Source of the DNA: Candidatus Margulisiibacteriota bacterium
GTDB taxonomy: Bacteria > Margulisbacteria > WOR-1 > O2-12-FULL-45-9 > XYB2-FULL-48-7
Assembly (NCBI GenBank): GCA_025453605.1
Contig: JALOPZ010000002.1
Location: 292,482 to 356,481 of the forward strand
Direction: 5' to 3'
DNA length: 64,000 nt
The notes beneath the pieces are model-generated. The model did no database searches. It was not told where the DNA came from and was given only the letters and a program-made list of their open reading frames with translations. Within the stretch, counting starts at the first letter, position 1, and each line of letters begins with the position of its first letter. Shown here in pieces: positions 43,553 through 52,996 of the stretch. A program made the position numbers and the translations under genes.

Positions 43553-44787
43553 AAGATCAGCTTTTGGCGGCGCATCGCGATGCTTTGCAGTATCCCCAGG
43601 CCGGCCAGATTCATGACCAGCGACGACCCTCCGTAGCTTAAGAACGGGAGCGGAATACCGACCACCGGCAAAACGCCCAAAGCCATCCCGACGTTAGCGC
43701 CAAAATGGAAAACCAGCATCGTCACGATGCCGTACGCCAGCAGGCGACCAAAACTATCGCGGGCCCCCGCCGCGATCACCAGCCCTCGCCAGACGATCAG
43801 TCCGAAAAGGGAGAGGACCAGCAGGGCCCCAAGCAGTCCGAATTCCTCGCCGACCACGGAAAAGATGAAATCGGAGAACTGTTCGGGGATGAACTGCAGC
43901 TGGGTCTGCGAACCCTGCAAAAAGCCTTTACCCAGAAAACCGCCGCCACCGATCGCGATCTTACTTTGCAGAGTATGGTAACCGGCACCCAGCGGATCGG
44001 CCCCGGGATTTAAAAAAGCGACGATCCGCTGGCGTTGATAAGATTTAAGCATCCCCCAAAGAAAAGGCAACGCGATCCCGACCCCAACATTGGAACCGAG
44101 CACGGTCAGCCAGTGAAACCAGCGCGCCTGGGTAAGAAACAGAGCCAGCGCGACCGCCGCCAGATAGATCAACCAGAGCGGAAAGATCGGCCGGAGCAAA
44201 AGAGAAATAACCGGGGTGATCAGCAGGATCTGCAGGAGCGGCGCAGTCTCGGCTGCCGCCAGCATCCCCAGCAGAATGGCAAAAAAGACGAGCGCGGTCC
44301 CCAGGTCGGGTTGCTTAAAGATCAGGAGAAAAGGCAATCCGACCAGACCAAGTAAAAGCCCGACAGCCCAAACGGAACGGATCCCCCGTTCCCGGGTCAG
44401 AAAAGCAGCCAGCGCGATGATCAGGACCAGTTTGGCGATCTCCGACGGTTGAAAGGAAAAAAAACCGAGCTGGAACCAGCGCTGGGCGCCGGACACCCCG
44501 GCGCCGGTAAAGAGGATCGCGACCAGCAAAAAGATGACCAGCAGGTAAAGATACGGCGCGGCGGCGCGGAGCCGTTGGTAATCAAGGTAACAAAACAAGC
44601 CTAATCCGACGAGACCGAGCAGTAGGGCCAGGCTCTGCTTGGTGACAAAGAGAAAGGGATCGCCGCCTGCCTTCAGCTGCAGCTGATAGGTGGAGCTGAA
44701 GATCGCGGCCAGGCCGATCGCCAGCAAAGCGCCGACCGCCGCCCAGAGGAAGAGATCGGACAGCTTAAGCATCCGGAAATTGATCAT
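43549..44787 (-). CDS. rodA: Rod shape-determining SEDS protein RodA
   Basis: GAQRW, FQPSEIAK, QPDLGT, YQRQRI, GAGYHTLQSKIAIGGG, IPEQFSDFIF. Confidence 0.92.
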   Translation of the reverse strand: MINFRMLKLSDLFLWAAVGALLAIGLAAIFSSTYQLQLKAGGDPFLFVTKQSLALLLGLVGLGLFCYLDYQRLRAAAPYLYLLVIFLLVAILFTGAGVSGAQRWFQLGFFSFQPSEIAKLVLIIALAAFLTRERGIRSVWAVGLLLGLVGLPFLLIFKQPDLGTALVFFAILLGMLAAAETAPLLQILLITPVISLLLRPIFPLWLIYLAAVALALFLTQARWFHWLTVLGSNVGVGIALPFLWGMLKSYQRQRIVAFLNPGADPLGAGYHTLQSKIAIGGGGFLGKGFLQGSQTQLQFIPEQFSDFIFSVVGEEFGLLGALLVLSLFGLIVWRGLVIAAGARDSFGRLLAYGIVTMLVFHFGANVGMALGVLPVVGIPLPFLSYGGSSLVMNLAGLGILQSIAMRRQKLIF

Positions 44788-46187
44788 CGGGTGGTTTCGA
44801 CCGCGGTCAGCAACGCCCGGGCTTTATTCAGCGTCTCCTGATACTCTTTGGCCGGGACCGAATCGTAGACCAGACCGGCGCCGGCCTGAACGTAGGCCTG
44901 GCCGTTCTTGATCAGGATCGTCCTGATCGCGATCCCGGAATCGTGTTCGCCGGAAAAACTGAAGTAACCGACGCAGCCGGCGTACAGTCCGCGCTGGCGG
45001 TTCTCCAGCTCATCGATGATCTCCATTGCCCGCACTTTGGGCGCGCCGGAAACGGTGCCGGCCGGAAAAACAGCCCGGACCAGATCGACGGCGTCGCGCC
45101 CGCGCTTGAGCTTGCCGCTGACGTTGCTGACGATGTGCATGACGTGGGAATATTTCTCGATCACCATCTCTTCGGTCACCCGAACGCTGCCGTAATCGCA
45201 GACCCGGCCAAGATCGTTGCGCCCCAGGTCGACCAGCATGACATGTTCCGCCCTCTCCTTCTTGGAGGCAAGCAGCTCATCGGCCAGTTTCTTGTCTTCG
45301 GCTTCGTCCCGACCGCGCGGTCGGGTCCCGGCGATCGGCCGGAGGGTCGCCGTCCCTTTTTCCAGGCGGACCATTACCTCCGGCGAGGAGCCGACGATCT
45401 GGGTGTTGCCCAGTTGGAAATAGTACATGTAAGGCGACGGGTTGATCGCCCGGAGCGCGCGGTAAACATTGAAAGGATCGGCCTGGCACCTGGTTTCCAG
45501 CCGCTGCGAGAGAACAACTTGAATGATCTCCCCCGCTTTAATGTATTGTCTGGCATGCTGGACCATCTCTTCGTATTCCCGGCGGCTGACATTGCTGCGG
45601 AACTTGACCGGCCGCTGCCGATCAGCTTCCAGCTCGGTCGTCCGGAGCGGTTTTTTTAGTTTTGCTTCCAGGGCGGCGATCTGCCGGACGGCCTGCCGGT
45701 AAGCCCGGGCCGGATCCCCCTTGATCCGGGCATTAGCAATGATCACGATCCGGTGCTTTAAATGATCAAAAGCGAGCAGCGTTTCGGCCAGAATGAACTG
45801 CATCAGCGGCAGGTTCAGATCGTCGGGATTGGCGTTCGGGATCCTTTCGATCTGCCGGACCGCGTCGTAGCTGATATAACCGACCAGTCCGCCGGAAAAA
45901 CGAGGCAAACCAGCCACCCTGACCGGGCGGTATTTGGCCAGAATTTCTTTGATCTGCGCGAAAGTGCGCGGCCTTTGCACCTCGTTCTTCGGACAGGTCC
46001 CCAGGAACGAATAACGGGCGATCTTTTCTCCCCCTTCGACCGATTCGAGGAGAAAGGAGTATGGCCCGGCGATCTTTTTGAACGCCGAGACCGGGGTTTC
46101 CATATCGGCCACGATCTCCTTGTAGACCGGGACCAGATTCCCTTTGCGGGCCAAACGCTTGAACTGTGCCAGATCCGGTTTGATCAT
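44784..46187 (-). CDS. trpE: Anthranilate synthase component I
   Basis: FLLESVEGGEKIARYS, NPSPYMY, RPIAGTRPRG, EHVMLVDLGRND, FPAGTVSGAPKVRAM. Confidence 0.95.
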   Translation of the reverse strand: MIKPDLAQFKRLARKGNLVPVYKEIVADMETPVSAFKKIAGPYSFLLESVEGGEKIARYSFLGTCPKNEVQRPRTFAQIKEILAKYRPVRVAGLPRFSGGLVGYISYDAVRQIERIPNANPDDLNLPLMQFILAETLLAFDHLKHRIVIIANARIKGDPARAYRQAVRQIAALEAKLKKPLRTTELEADRQRPVKFRSNVSRREYEEMVQHARQYIKAGEIIQVVLSQRLETRCQADPFNVYRALRAINPSPYMYYFQLGNTQIVGSSPEVMVRLEKGTATLRPIAGTRPRGRDEAEDKKLADELLASKKERAEHVMLVDLGRNDLGRVCDYGSVRVTEEMVIEKYSHVMHIVSNVSGKLKRGRDAVDLVRAVFPAGTVSGAPKVRAMEIIDELENRQRGLYAGCVGYFSFSGEHDSGIAIRTILIKNGQAYVQAGAGLVYDSVPAKEYQETLNKARALLTAVETTR

Positions 46188-47002
46188 TTTGTTCGCTCCG
46201 TAACGAAACGGGCCAGTTCTGCCAACCGCGCCGCTTTGGGCCCGAACGGCCGCAGGGCCGCCAGCGCCCGCTCCTTTTCCGCCGCCGCCATTTGTCGCGA
46301 ACGGTTCAGGCCGACAACATACGGAAAACCTTTTTTCACGTCAGACCTGACCGGCTTGCCCAGCTGCGCGGCGGTGGCGGTCACGTCAAGTATATCATCG
46401 GCGATCTGAAATGCCATCCCCAGGTGCTCCGCGTAGGCGGTCAGCGCCTTAAGCTGGCGGCCGGTCGCGCCGCAGAGCTGCGCCGCCCCCCGAACGCACG
46501 CGCTTAGAAGCGCGGCTGTTTTCCAGCGGTGGATCGCCCGCAATTTCTGAAGGGTTAAGCGCCGCTGCGGCGCCGTGACGTCCGCTACCTGGCCTTCGAC
46601 CACCGTCAGCGCAGCTTGCGCCAGCTCCAGCACGGCGGCCGGCCGGTCGGCAATGATCGCAAAGGCTAAAGTGTTGAGCGCGTCCCCGGCCAGGATCGCC
46701 AGGGCTTCACCGTAGACTTTATGACAGGTCGGCTTGCCGCGCCGCAACTGCGAGTCGTCCATCGCCGGCAGATCGTCATGAATTAAGGTAAAGGTATGGA
46801 TCATTTCCACGGCGCAGGCGAACGGCAAGACCTTTTTAGCCGGCTTGCCCAGCGCCTGGGCCACGGCCAGGCAGAGGATCGGCCGAAACCGTTTCCCGCC
46901 GGCAAAAACCGAGTAACGCATCGCCCTGGCCAGTTTGCTTTTCCTGGGGAGGTAGCGATCGAGCGCCCGGTTAACGTCTGACAGTGATCCCTTTTCGCTC
47001 AA
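46184..47002 (-). CDS. ispA: Farnesyl/geranylgeranyl diphosphate synthase
   Basis: [39 protein letters not shown]; start uncertain. Confidence 0.9.
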   Translation of the reverse strand: MSEKGSLSDVNRALDRYLPRKSKLARAMRYSVFAGGKRFRPILCLAVAQALGKPAKKVLPFACAVEMIHTFTLIHDDLPAMDDSQLRRGKPTCHKVYGEALAILAGDALNTLAFAIIADRPAAVLELAQAALTVVEGQVADVTAPQRRLTLQKLRAIHRWKTAALLSACVRGAAQLCGATGRQLKALTAYAEHLGMAFQIADDILDVTATAAQLGKPVRSDVKKGFPYVVGLNRSRQMAAAEKERALAALRPFGPKAARLAELARFVTERTK

Positions 47003-47744
47003 GATGATCTTTGATCTCCTTAATGGTCAATTCCCGGTAATGCAGCAGCGAGGCGAGCAACGCGGCATCGGCCCGCCCCTTGAGGAAAGCGTCATGAATG
47101 TGCTCGATCTTCCCGGCCCCGCCGGAAGCGATGACCGGAATATTGGTCGCGTCTTTGATCGCCCGGGTCAAATCGAGGTCGTAACCGTCTTTGGTCCCGT
47201 CCCGGTCCATGCTCGTTAACAGGATCTCGCCGGCGCCGAGCTGCTCACCTTTTTTCGCCCACTCGACCGCGTCGAGCCCGGTCGGTGTCCGCCCACCATG
47301 GGTATATACTTCCCATCTCGTTACTCGTTCCTCGTTACCCGTTACTCTCTTGGCATCGATCGCCAGGACCACGCACTGGCTGCCGAATTTGGCTGCGCCC
47401 TTTTCGATCAAGGCCGGATCTTTGACCGCCGCGGTGTTAACGGAAACTTTATCGGCCCCGCTCGCCAGGATCTCCCGCATCGTCTCTACGTCATTGATCC
47501 CGCCGCCGACCGTAAAGGGGATAAAGATCTTTTCAGATACTTTTTTGACCACTTCGATCATGATGAAGCGCTTGTCGGACGAAGCGGTAATATCGAGGAA
47601 GACCAGCTCGTCGGCCCCGGCTCGGTCATATAACGCGGCCAGCTCGACCGGATCGCCGGCATCCCGGAGTTCAACGAATTTTGTCCCTTTAACAACGCGC
47701 CCTTCGGTCACATCGAGGCAGGGAATGATCCTTTTAGCCAGCAT
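46971..47744 (-). CDS. hisF: Imidazole glycerol phosphate synthase cyclase subunit
   Basis: [41 protein letters not shown]. Confidence 0.98.
   Translation of the reverse strand: MLAKRIIPCLDVTEGRVVKGTKFVELRDAGDPVELAALYDRAGADELVFLDITASSDKRFIMIEVVKKVSEKIFIPFTVGGGINDVETMREILASGADKVSVNTAAVKDPALIEKGAAKFGSQCVVLAIDAKRVTGNEERVTRWEVYTHGGRTPTGLDAVEWAKKGEQLGAGEILLTSMDRDGTKDGYDLDLTRAIKDATNIPVIASGGAGKIEHIHDAFLKGRADAALLASLLHYRELTIKEIKDHLERKGITVRR
47317..47344. repeat. Heptamer tandem repeat (CTCGTTA)x4 inside hisF
   Basis: ctcgtta ctcgttc ctcgtta cccgtta; encodes [10 protein letters not shown] in the loop after IDAKR. Confidence 0.8.
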
Positions 47745-47774
47745 TTTCCCAATTATAATGCCTTTATCGTGATA

Positions 47775-47811
47775 ATGAAAGCCTGAAATTATTTACTATT
47801 TACGCTGAAAT
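47775..47811 (+). promoter_or_regulatory. Putative sigma28-like promoter with conserved 17-mer
   Basis: ATGAAAGCCTGAAATTA, then GAAA-N15-GCTGAAAT. Confidence 0.5.
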
Positions 47812-47873
47812 ATCTATGTCAATCCGCACAACCTGGTTTTGCTTTATAGCGGATAATCTGGAGGCGAATTTAG

Positions 47874-49199
47874 ATGGGATTACGATTAGTATTGAGCGGA
47901 TTAGGCCGGGGCAGCGTTTTCGGCCCTAAACGCTTTTTAGCCGTCCATAATCCTTTTGATGGAGATATGGGTAAAGCCGGAGATCCGTATTTGAATTGGC
48001 ACTCATTAGCTAAACTTTCCCACCGAAAATCTCCAGAAGTAAGAAAGTCGGTAACCGACAATCTGGCCGGCAGATTGAATGCCCGTTTTCAACCTTTCCT
48101 CATTGAATTATTTGATGCCAAGGTGGTTCACAGCGCTTTAATTCAAGCTGCGAAACGGTTTATTGCACCAGCGGGACACGGCTTGATCCCTGAAGCGATC
48201 GAAGCCGATTTTTATCGTTGTTTTACCAAATCGGCCGGGGACCTGACTGCTGCCGATCTCAAAGAGCTATATGCCGAGGATGTTAGAGATAAGATTATTA
48301 GCAGCCATCTTCTGTTGTTTTTGGGCCAGCACCCTAATACACCGAGAAAAGTCCTCTGCGAGATACTTAGTCCCAACATAGATAATTCATTAGCTCATAA
48401 GTATGAATATGCAGTAAAACTAGCTTATCAAAGAGTGGAAGCGAGCTTATCGACGGCTGAGTTGGATGAGATCAGCGTTAATCTGAACCAAATCAACGAT
48501 TTCGTAAAACTACTGATCGCGAAACATCCTAGAGCCTCAAGAAATTTGCTCCTCCGGCTGGTAAACGATGCTCCCCACTCGACTGTTCGCCAAAATGTAT
48601 TTAGGGATTGGGGAATGCATCGACAGGTTGCCTACGACCGGATATGGCATACATTAAAGGAGGATGAGCTTTCAGCTTTATTAGCCTTCAGTGAAGACCG
48701 GCCGCTGAAGCCATTTCAGGATAGGATAATTAAACATCCGCGAACACCGAAAACCGCCATTCGGCACATATTATTTGAAGCAGCGGCGGTCGATAGTTGG
48801 CATGTTCTAGATGAGTTAAAAAGGACGGCGTTTGATATCCTTAAAGACGATCTTTCTGGGTTCGAGCTGTTGGCTGTAGCGCAGCTCTCGCTGGATCACC
48901 GCTGTCGGCATTTAGCAGAAGTTGTTATCCAATACTCAAAAACACCGGCGGACACAATAGCGCAATTAATAGAACGACATTTCCCTAAATCAGAAAAGAC
49001 AGGGATCGGTTACACGGAGAAAGAATGGGAAGATATCCCGTACGACACATGTTGCAGTAACCTTAATGACGCGGCCTGGGCGGTTGCCTTATTGCAACAT
49101 CAGGGGCTGGAAAAACAAAGGGCGATAGTTGCACAGCTGCCGGCTTTCCAGCGCGGATTAATTGAAAGTTATCTGGCAAACGAAACGGCTAATGCTTGA
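47874..49199 (+). CDS. Orphan helical-repeat protein (LRV-like HPxTP repeats)
   Basis: GGAGG RBS; four repeats of about 65-70 aa (LGQHPNTP, IAKHPRAS, IIKHPRTP, VIQYSKTP); lower GC than flanks. Confidence 0.78.
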   Translation: MGLRLVLSGLGRGSVFGPKRFLAVHNPFDGDMGKAGDPYLNWHSLAKLSHRKSPEVRKSVTDNLAGRLNARFQPFLIELFDAKVVHSALIQAAKRFIAPAGHGLIPEAIEADFYRCFTKSAGDLTAADLKELYAEDVRDKIISSHLLLFLGQHPNTPRKVLCEILSPNIDNSLAHKYEYAVKLAYQRVEASLSTAELDEISVNLNQINDFVKLLIAKHPRASRNLLLRLVNDAPHSTVRQNVFRDWGMHRQVAYDRIWHTLKEDELSALLAFSEDRPLKPFQDRIIKHPRTPKTAIRHILFEAAAVDSWHVLDELKRTAFDILKDDLSGFELLAVAQLSLDHRCRHLAEVVIQYSKTPADTIAQLIERHFPKSEKTGIGYTEKEWEDIPYDTCCSNLNDAAWAVALLQHQGLEKQRAIVAQLPAFQRGLIESYLANETANA

Positions 49200-49902
49200 G
49201 TAAGTATTTATCGATCTTTGCCCACGAAGTATTGACCACGTCGTCCTCCGTCAGGCCGGCGGCTTTTACCACTTTCAGCGCCTCGGTAAAATCACCGACC
49301 ATCGGCGCGATGTGCGAGTCGGTCCCCAGCACCACTTTCCAGCCCTGGCGCTTGATTTCCCGGGCAAAAGCGAGGCTATTGTCGCCGCTCCCGGGGCGGG
49401 AAAGGGGCGAACTGTTATTGATCTCGATCAGCACCCCGCGTGCCTTGGCCGCGGCGACCGTCTCCGGAATATTGAGCGGGTATTTGGCGTTCTCCGGATG
49501 GGCGATGATCTTGACCGCCGGGTTTTTCAGCGCCCGGAGGAGGACATCCGTGTTCTGCCGTTCGCCCTGGTTATCGTAGCCGACCCGGGGATGCATGGCG
49601 ACGATCACGACCTGCAGGCCGCCCCACTCCAGCGTTTCCCGGTCGAGATCGATCTCCCCCTGCTTGTTGATGATGTTCGCCTCCGCCCCGCGCAGAAGGC
49701 GGACCCCGTTCATTTTTTCCGGGATCATCCGCATGTTGGCAAAATGGTAGAAATGGGGGGCGCCGGGCATCGCCGGACCGTGGTCGGTCACGGCCAGACC
49801 GCTTAAACCGATCTTTTTTGCCTGGCGGACGTATTCTTCAATGGTGGAATAAGCGTGGCCCGAGGAGACGGTGTGGACGTGCAGGTCGCAGACCAGCTTC
49901 AC
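49189..49902 (-). CDS. ycdX: PHP-family phosphatase YcdX-like
   Basis: DLHVHTVSSGHAYST, TDHGP, GAEANI, IAHP, EINNSS, GTDSH. Confidence 0.88.
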   Translation of the reverse strand: MKLVCDLHVHTVSSGHAYSTIEEYVRQAKKIGLSGLAVTDHGPAMPGAPHFYHFANMRMIPEKMNGVRLLRGAEANIINKQGEIDLDRETLEWGGLQVVIVAMHPRVGYDNQGERQNTDVLLRALKNPAVKIIAHPENAKYPLNIPETVAAAKARGVLIEINNSSPLSRPGSGDNSLAFAREIKRQGWKVVLGTDSHIAPMVGDFTEALKVVKAAGLTEDDVVNTSWAKIDKYLLKH

Positions 49903-50642
49903 TGCAACTTTTCCATTTCTTCGTCGGAAATGTCAAAATTGGCATGGACGGCCTGGATATCGTCCTGCTCCTCAAGCTTATTGATCAGGTTCATCAGCTT
50001 CTGCGCCGGCTCACCGGTCACTTTGACATTAGTATCGGCGACCATCGTCACTTCGGCCTCGGTCGGCGTGAACCCTTTGGCTTTGAGCGCGTCGCGGACC
50101 GCCTCGAATTGCTCCGGCGCGGTCAGGACCTCCACGGTCGACTCGCCGCTCTGGATGTCTTCTGCCCCAGCGTCGATCGCCGTCATGGTCAGGCTTTCTT
50201 CGTCGATCCCGGCTTTGTCAAAAACTATGCTCCCCTTGCGCTTGAACATATAGGAAACGCTGCCGGAGGCGCCAAGATTCCCGCCCCCTTTTTCAAAAAT
50301 GTTGCGAACTTCGCCGACCGCCCGGTTCCGGTTGTCGGTCAGGACTTCGATGATCATCGCCACGCCGCCCGGCCCGAAGCCTTCGTAGGTCAGCTCTTCC
50401 ATCGCGACCGCTCCGGCCCCGGTCGCCTTGTCGATCGCCCGTTTGATATTATCATTGGGCATGTTCGCCGCTTTGGCCTTATCGATCGCCAGGCGAAGCC
50501 GGGGATTACCGGCCGGGTCGCCGCCGCCGATCCGGGCGGCCGAAGCGATCTCGCGGATGATCTTGGTAAAGACCTTGCCGCGGGCGGCGTCGGTCTTCGC
50601 CTTGGAGCGTTTGATCGTTGCCCATTTAGAATGGCCGGACAT
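49899..50642 (-). CDS. yebC: YebC/PmpR-family protein
   Basis: MSGHSKWATIKR, GNPRLR, YEGFGPGGVA, TDNRNR. Confidence 0.96.
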   Translation of the reverse strand: MSGHSKWATIKRSKAKTDAARGKVFTKIIREIASAARIGGGDPAGNPRLRLAIDKAKAANMPNDNIKRAIDKATGAGAVAMEELTYEGFGPGGVAMIIEVLTDNRNRAVGEVRNIFEKGGGNLGASGSVSYMFKRKGSIVFDKAGIDEESLTMTAIDAGAEDIQSGESTVEVLTAPEQFEAVRDALKAKGFTPTEAEVTMVADTNVKVTGEPAQKLMNLINKLEEQDDIQAVHANFDISDEEMEKLQ

Positions 50643-51598
50643 CAGGCGAGCTCCCCATCATTGAGCAGACTGCGGTACAACTCGACAAAGCGCTTGCTCC
50701 CCTTCCCCGAGCGCATTTCCATCGCGGAGCGCGGGTGCTGGTTGAGGATGCCGGTGATCATGTCAGGGATCATGTACCCCCACTCGATCTGCTGCCGGAG
50801 CGGAATGAACTCTTTTTCGATGATCTCCAGGATCGGATCGAGCTTGAATTTGGGATTCTTGAGAAAAGCGAGCAGCAGCTCCAGCGGGCAATTACCGGCC
50901 GCCCGGCCGATCCCGTAGATCGTCGCGTCGAGGTAATTTGCCCCCTTGCGGACCGCTTCGATCGTGTTGGCAAAGCCGAGCTGCTGGTTGTTGTGGCAAT
51001 GAATGCCGACTTCGATCCCCTTCGGATTAAGGATCCCCTTATAAAGGTTGGTCAGAAAATGGATCTGCTCGGAGAACATCGCTCCAAAACTGTCGACCAC
51101 GTAAACCGCCTTGAGCGGACACTCGGCCAGCTGCTTGAGCCCTTCTTCCAGGTCCGGAACCAAAGCGGTTGAGACCGCCATGATGTTGACCGTTGTTTCG
51201 TACCCTTTGTCGGCGCACTGTTTGACCAGGGCGATCGCCTTGTCGATATCCTTGACATAGCAGGCGACCCGCATCAGGTCGACCACGCTATCCTTTTTGA
51301 GCGGAATATCTTCGGCGTCGACCCGGCCGATGTCGACCATGGCGGAGAGCTTGGACTTGGACTCGATCCCGTCGATCATCCGCCGGACAAAAGCTTCTTC
51401 CAGGAACTTGGTCTCGCCAAATTTCCCGGCAGTGAAGTACTTTTTGGATGCGCGGTAACCGAGCTCGATGTAGTCAACCCCGGCGGCAGAACACGCCTGG
51501 TAAACGGCGCGGACCAGCCGGTCATCAAAAAGGTGGTCATTGATCAGACCACCATCGCGAATGGTGCAATCGAGCACCTTGATCTCAGGACGGTACAT
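50642..51598 (-). CDS. DRE-TIM (HMGL-like) aldolase-domain protein, substrate unknown
   Basis: LDCTIRDGG, VVDSFG, GIHCHNNQQLGFANT, GIGRAAGNCPLE. Confidence 0.85.
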   Translation of the reverse strand: MYRPEIKVLDCTIRDGGLINDHLFDDRLVRAVYQACSAAGVDYIELGYRASKKYFTAGKFGETKFLEEAFVRRMIDGIESKSKLSAMVDIGRVDAEDIPLKKDSVVDLMRVACYVKDIDKAIALVKQCADKGYETTVNIMAVSTALVPDLEEGLKQLAECPLKAVYVVDSFGAMFSEQIHFLTNLYKGILNPKGIEVGIHCHNNQQLGFANTIEAVRKGANYLDATIYGIGRAAGNCPLELLLAFLKNPKFKLDPILEIIEKEFIPLRQQIEWGYMIPDMITGILNQHPRSAMEMRSGKGSKRFVELYRSLLNDGELA

Positions 51599-51607
51599 TA
51601 TGCTCTA

Positions 51608-52996
51608 TTATAGCGCAGAGAGGCCGACCTTGGCCAGCGCTTTCATGTAGAGGGAGACATACTGCTTGGCCGAGGCGTCCCAGGAGTAATCAAGGTCCAT
51701 GATCTTGGTCTGCAGCGGGACCCAGAGCATTTTCTTATGATACGTTTCGACCGCCCGCTTGACCGCCGCCAGCAGCGCTTTGGCCGAATAATCGGTAAAG
51801 ACGAAACCCTCGCCCTCGGCCGTCTTTGCGTTAAAATCGTGGACGGTGTCGGCCAGTCCGCCGGTCTTACGGACGATCGGCACGGTCCCGTACTTGAAGC
51901 TGATCAGCTGGCCGAGGCCGCACGGCTCATACCGGCTCGGCATCAGGAACAGGTCGGCCCCGGCATAGATCAGTTCCGCCTGGGCAGCGTCAAATTTAAG
52001 GTTGATCCCCAGCTGATCGGGATACTTCTTCTTTAATTCGGTCAGCAGCTCATGGTATTTTTTATCACCGGTCCCGAGCACGACGAACTGGCAGCCGAGC
52101 TTCATCATCCCTTCCAGTGCTCCGGCCAGGATATCAAGCCCTTTCTGGTCGGCCAGCCGGGCGATCATTCCGATCACCGGGGCCTCTTTCTTCTGCGGCA
52201 GGCTGTTGGCCTTTTGCAGCGCCAGTTTGTTTTCCGCTTTTAAGACGATCGTGGCCGGACTGAACCGCTTGGGGATATTCTGGTCGGTGGCCGGGTTCCA
52301 GAGGTCATAATCGATCCCGTTAATGATCCCGTACAGGTCGTGTGCCCGGGCCCGCAGCAGCCCGTCGAGACCGCAGCCATACTCGGCGGTCTGGATCTCC
52401 CGGGCGTAAGTCGGCGAAACGGTATTAATGACGTCCGCGTAAACGAACCCGGCTTTAGCCAGCGCCAGGTGGTCCCAGAACTCCAGGCCGTCCTGTTTGA
52501 AGACCTCCCAGCCGAAGCCGGTCGCCGGCAGTTTGTTCTTGTCGAACATCCCCAGATATCCCAGATTGTGGACCGAATACACGGTCGCGATCCGCTGCAA
52601 CGAGGGATCAGCCTTGTACTTAAGCTTAAGATACATGATGACCAGCGCCGACTGCCAGTCGTTGCAATGGATAACGTCGGGCTTCCAGCGAAGCTGTTTC
52701 AACAGCGGGAACGCTCCCTGACAGAAAGCCGCGAACCGCTCCAGATTATCGGGATAATCAATCCCGCCGGGGAGCTGGTACAATCCCGCCCGGGAGCCAA
52801 AATACCGCTGGTCCTCGAAGAAAAAGACCGGAAAACCGGGGTCGATCGCGGTCGGCACGTCCTTATAACGGGGAGTATATACGCGGATATCATGACCGAT
52901 CTCCTTGAGCGCCTTGGGGAGCGCTCCGGCGACGTCGGCCAGGCCGCCCGTTTTGGAGAACGGGACGATCTCTGAAGTAACGTAAAGGATCTTCAT
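51608..52996 (-). CDS. glgA: Glycogen synthase (GT5)
   Basis: PFSKTGGLADV, HCNDWQS, HNLGYLG, MPSRYEPCGLGQL, TGGLADTV. Confidence 0.96.
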   Translation of the reverse strand: MKILYVTSEIVPFSKTGGLADVAGALPKALKEIGHDIRVYTPRYKDVPTAIDPGFPVFFFEDQRYFGSRAGLYQLPGGIDYPDNLERFAAFCQGAFPLLKQLRWKPDVIHCNDWQSALVIMYLKLKYKADPSLQRIATVYSVHNLGYLGMFDKNKLPATGFGWEVFKQDGLEFWDHLALAKAGFVYADVINTVSPTYAREIQTAEYGCGLDGLLRARAHDLYGIINGIDYDLWNPATDQNIPKRFSPATIVLKAENKLALQKANSLPQKKEAPVIGMIARLADQKGLDILAGALEGMMKLGCQFVVLGTGDKKYHELLTELKKKYPDQLGINLKFDAAQAELIYAGADLFLMPSRYEPCGLGQLISFKYGTVPIVRKTGGLADTVHDFNAKTAEGEGFVFTDYSAKALLAAVKRAVETYHKKMLWVPLQTKIMDLDYSWDASAKQYVSLYMKALAKVGLSAL

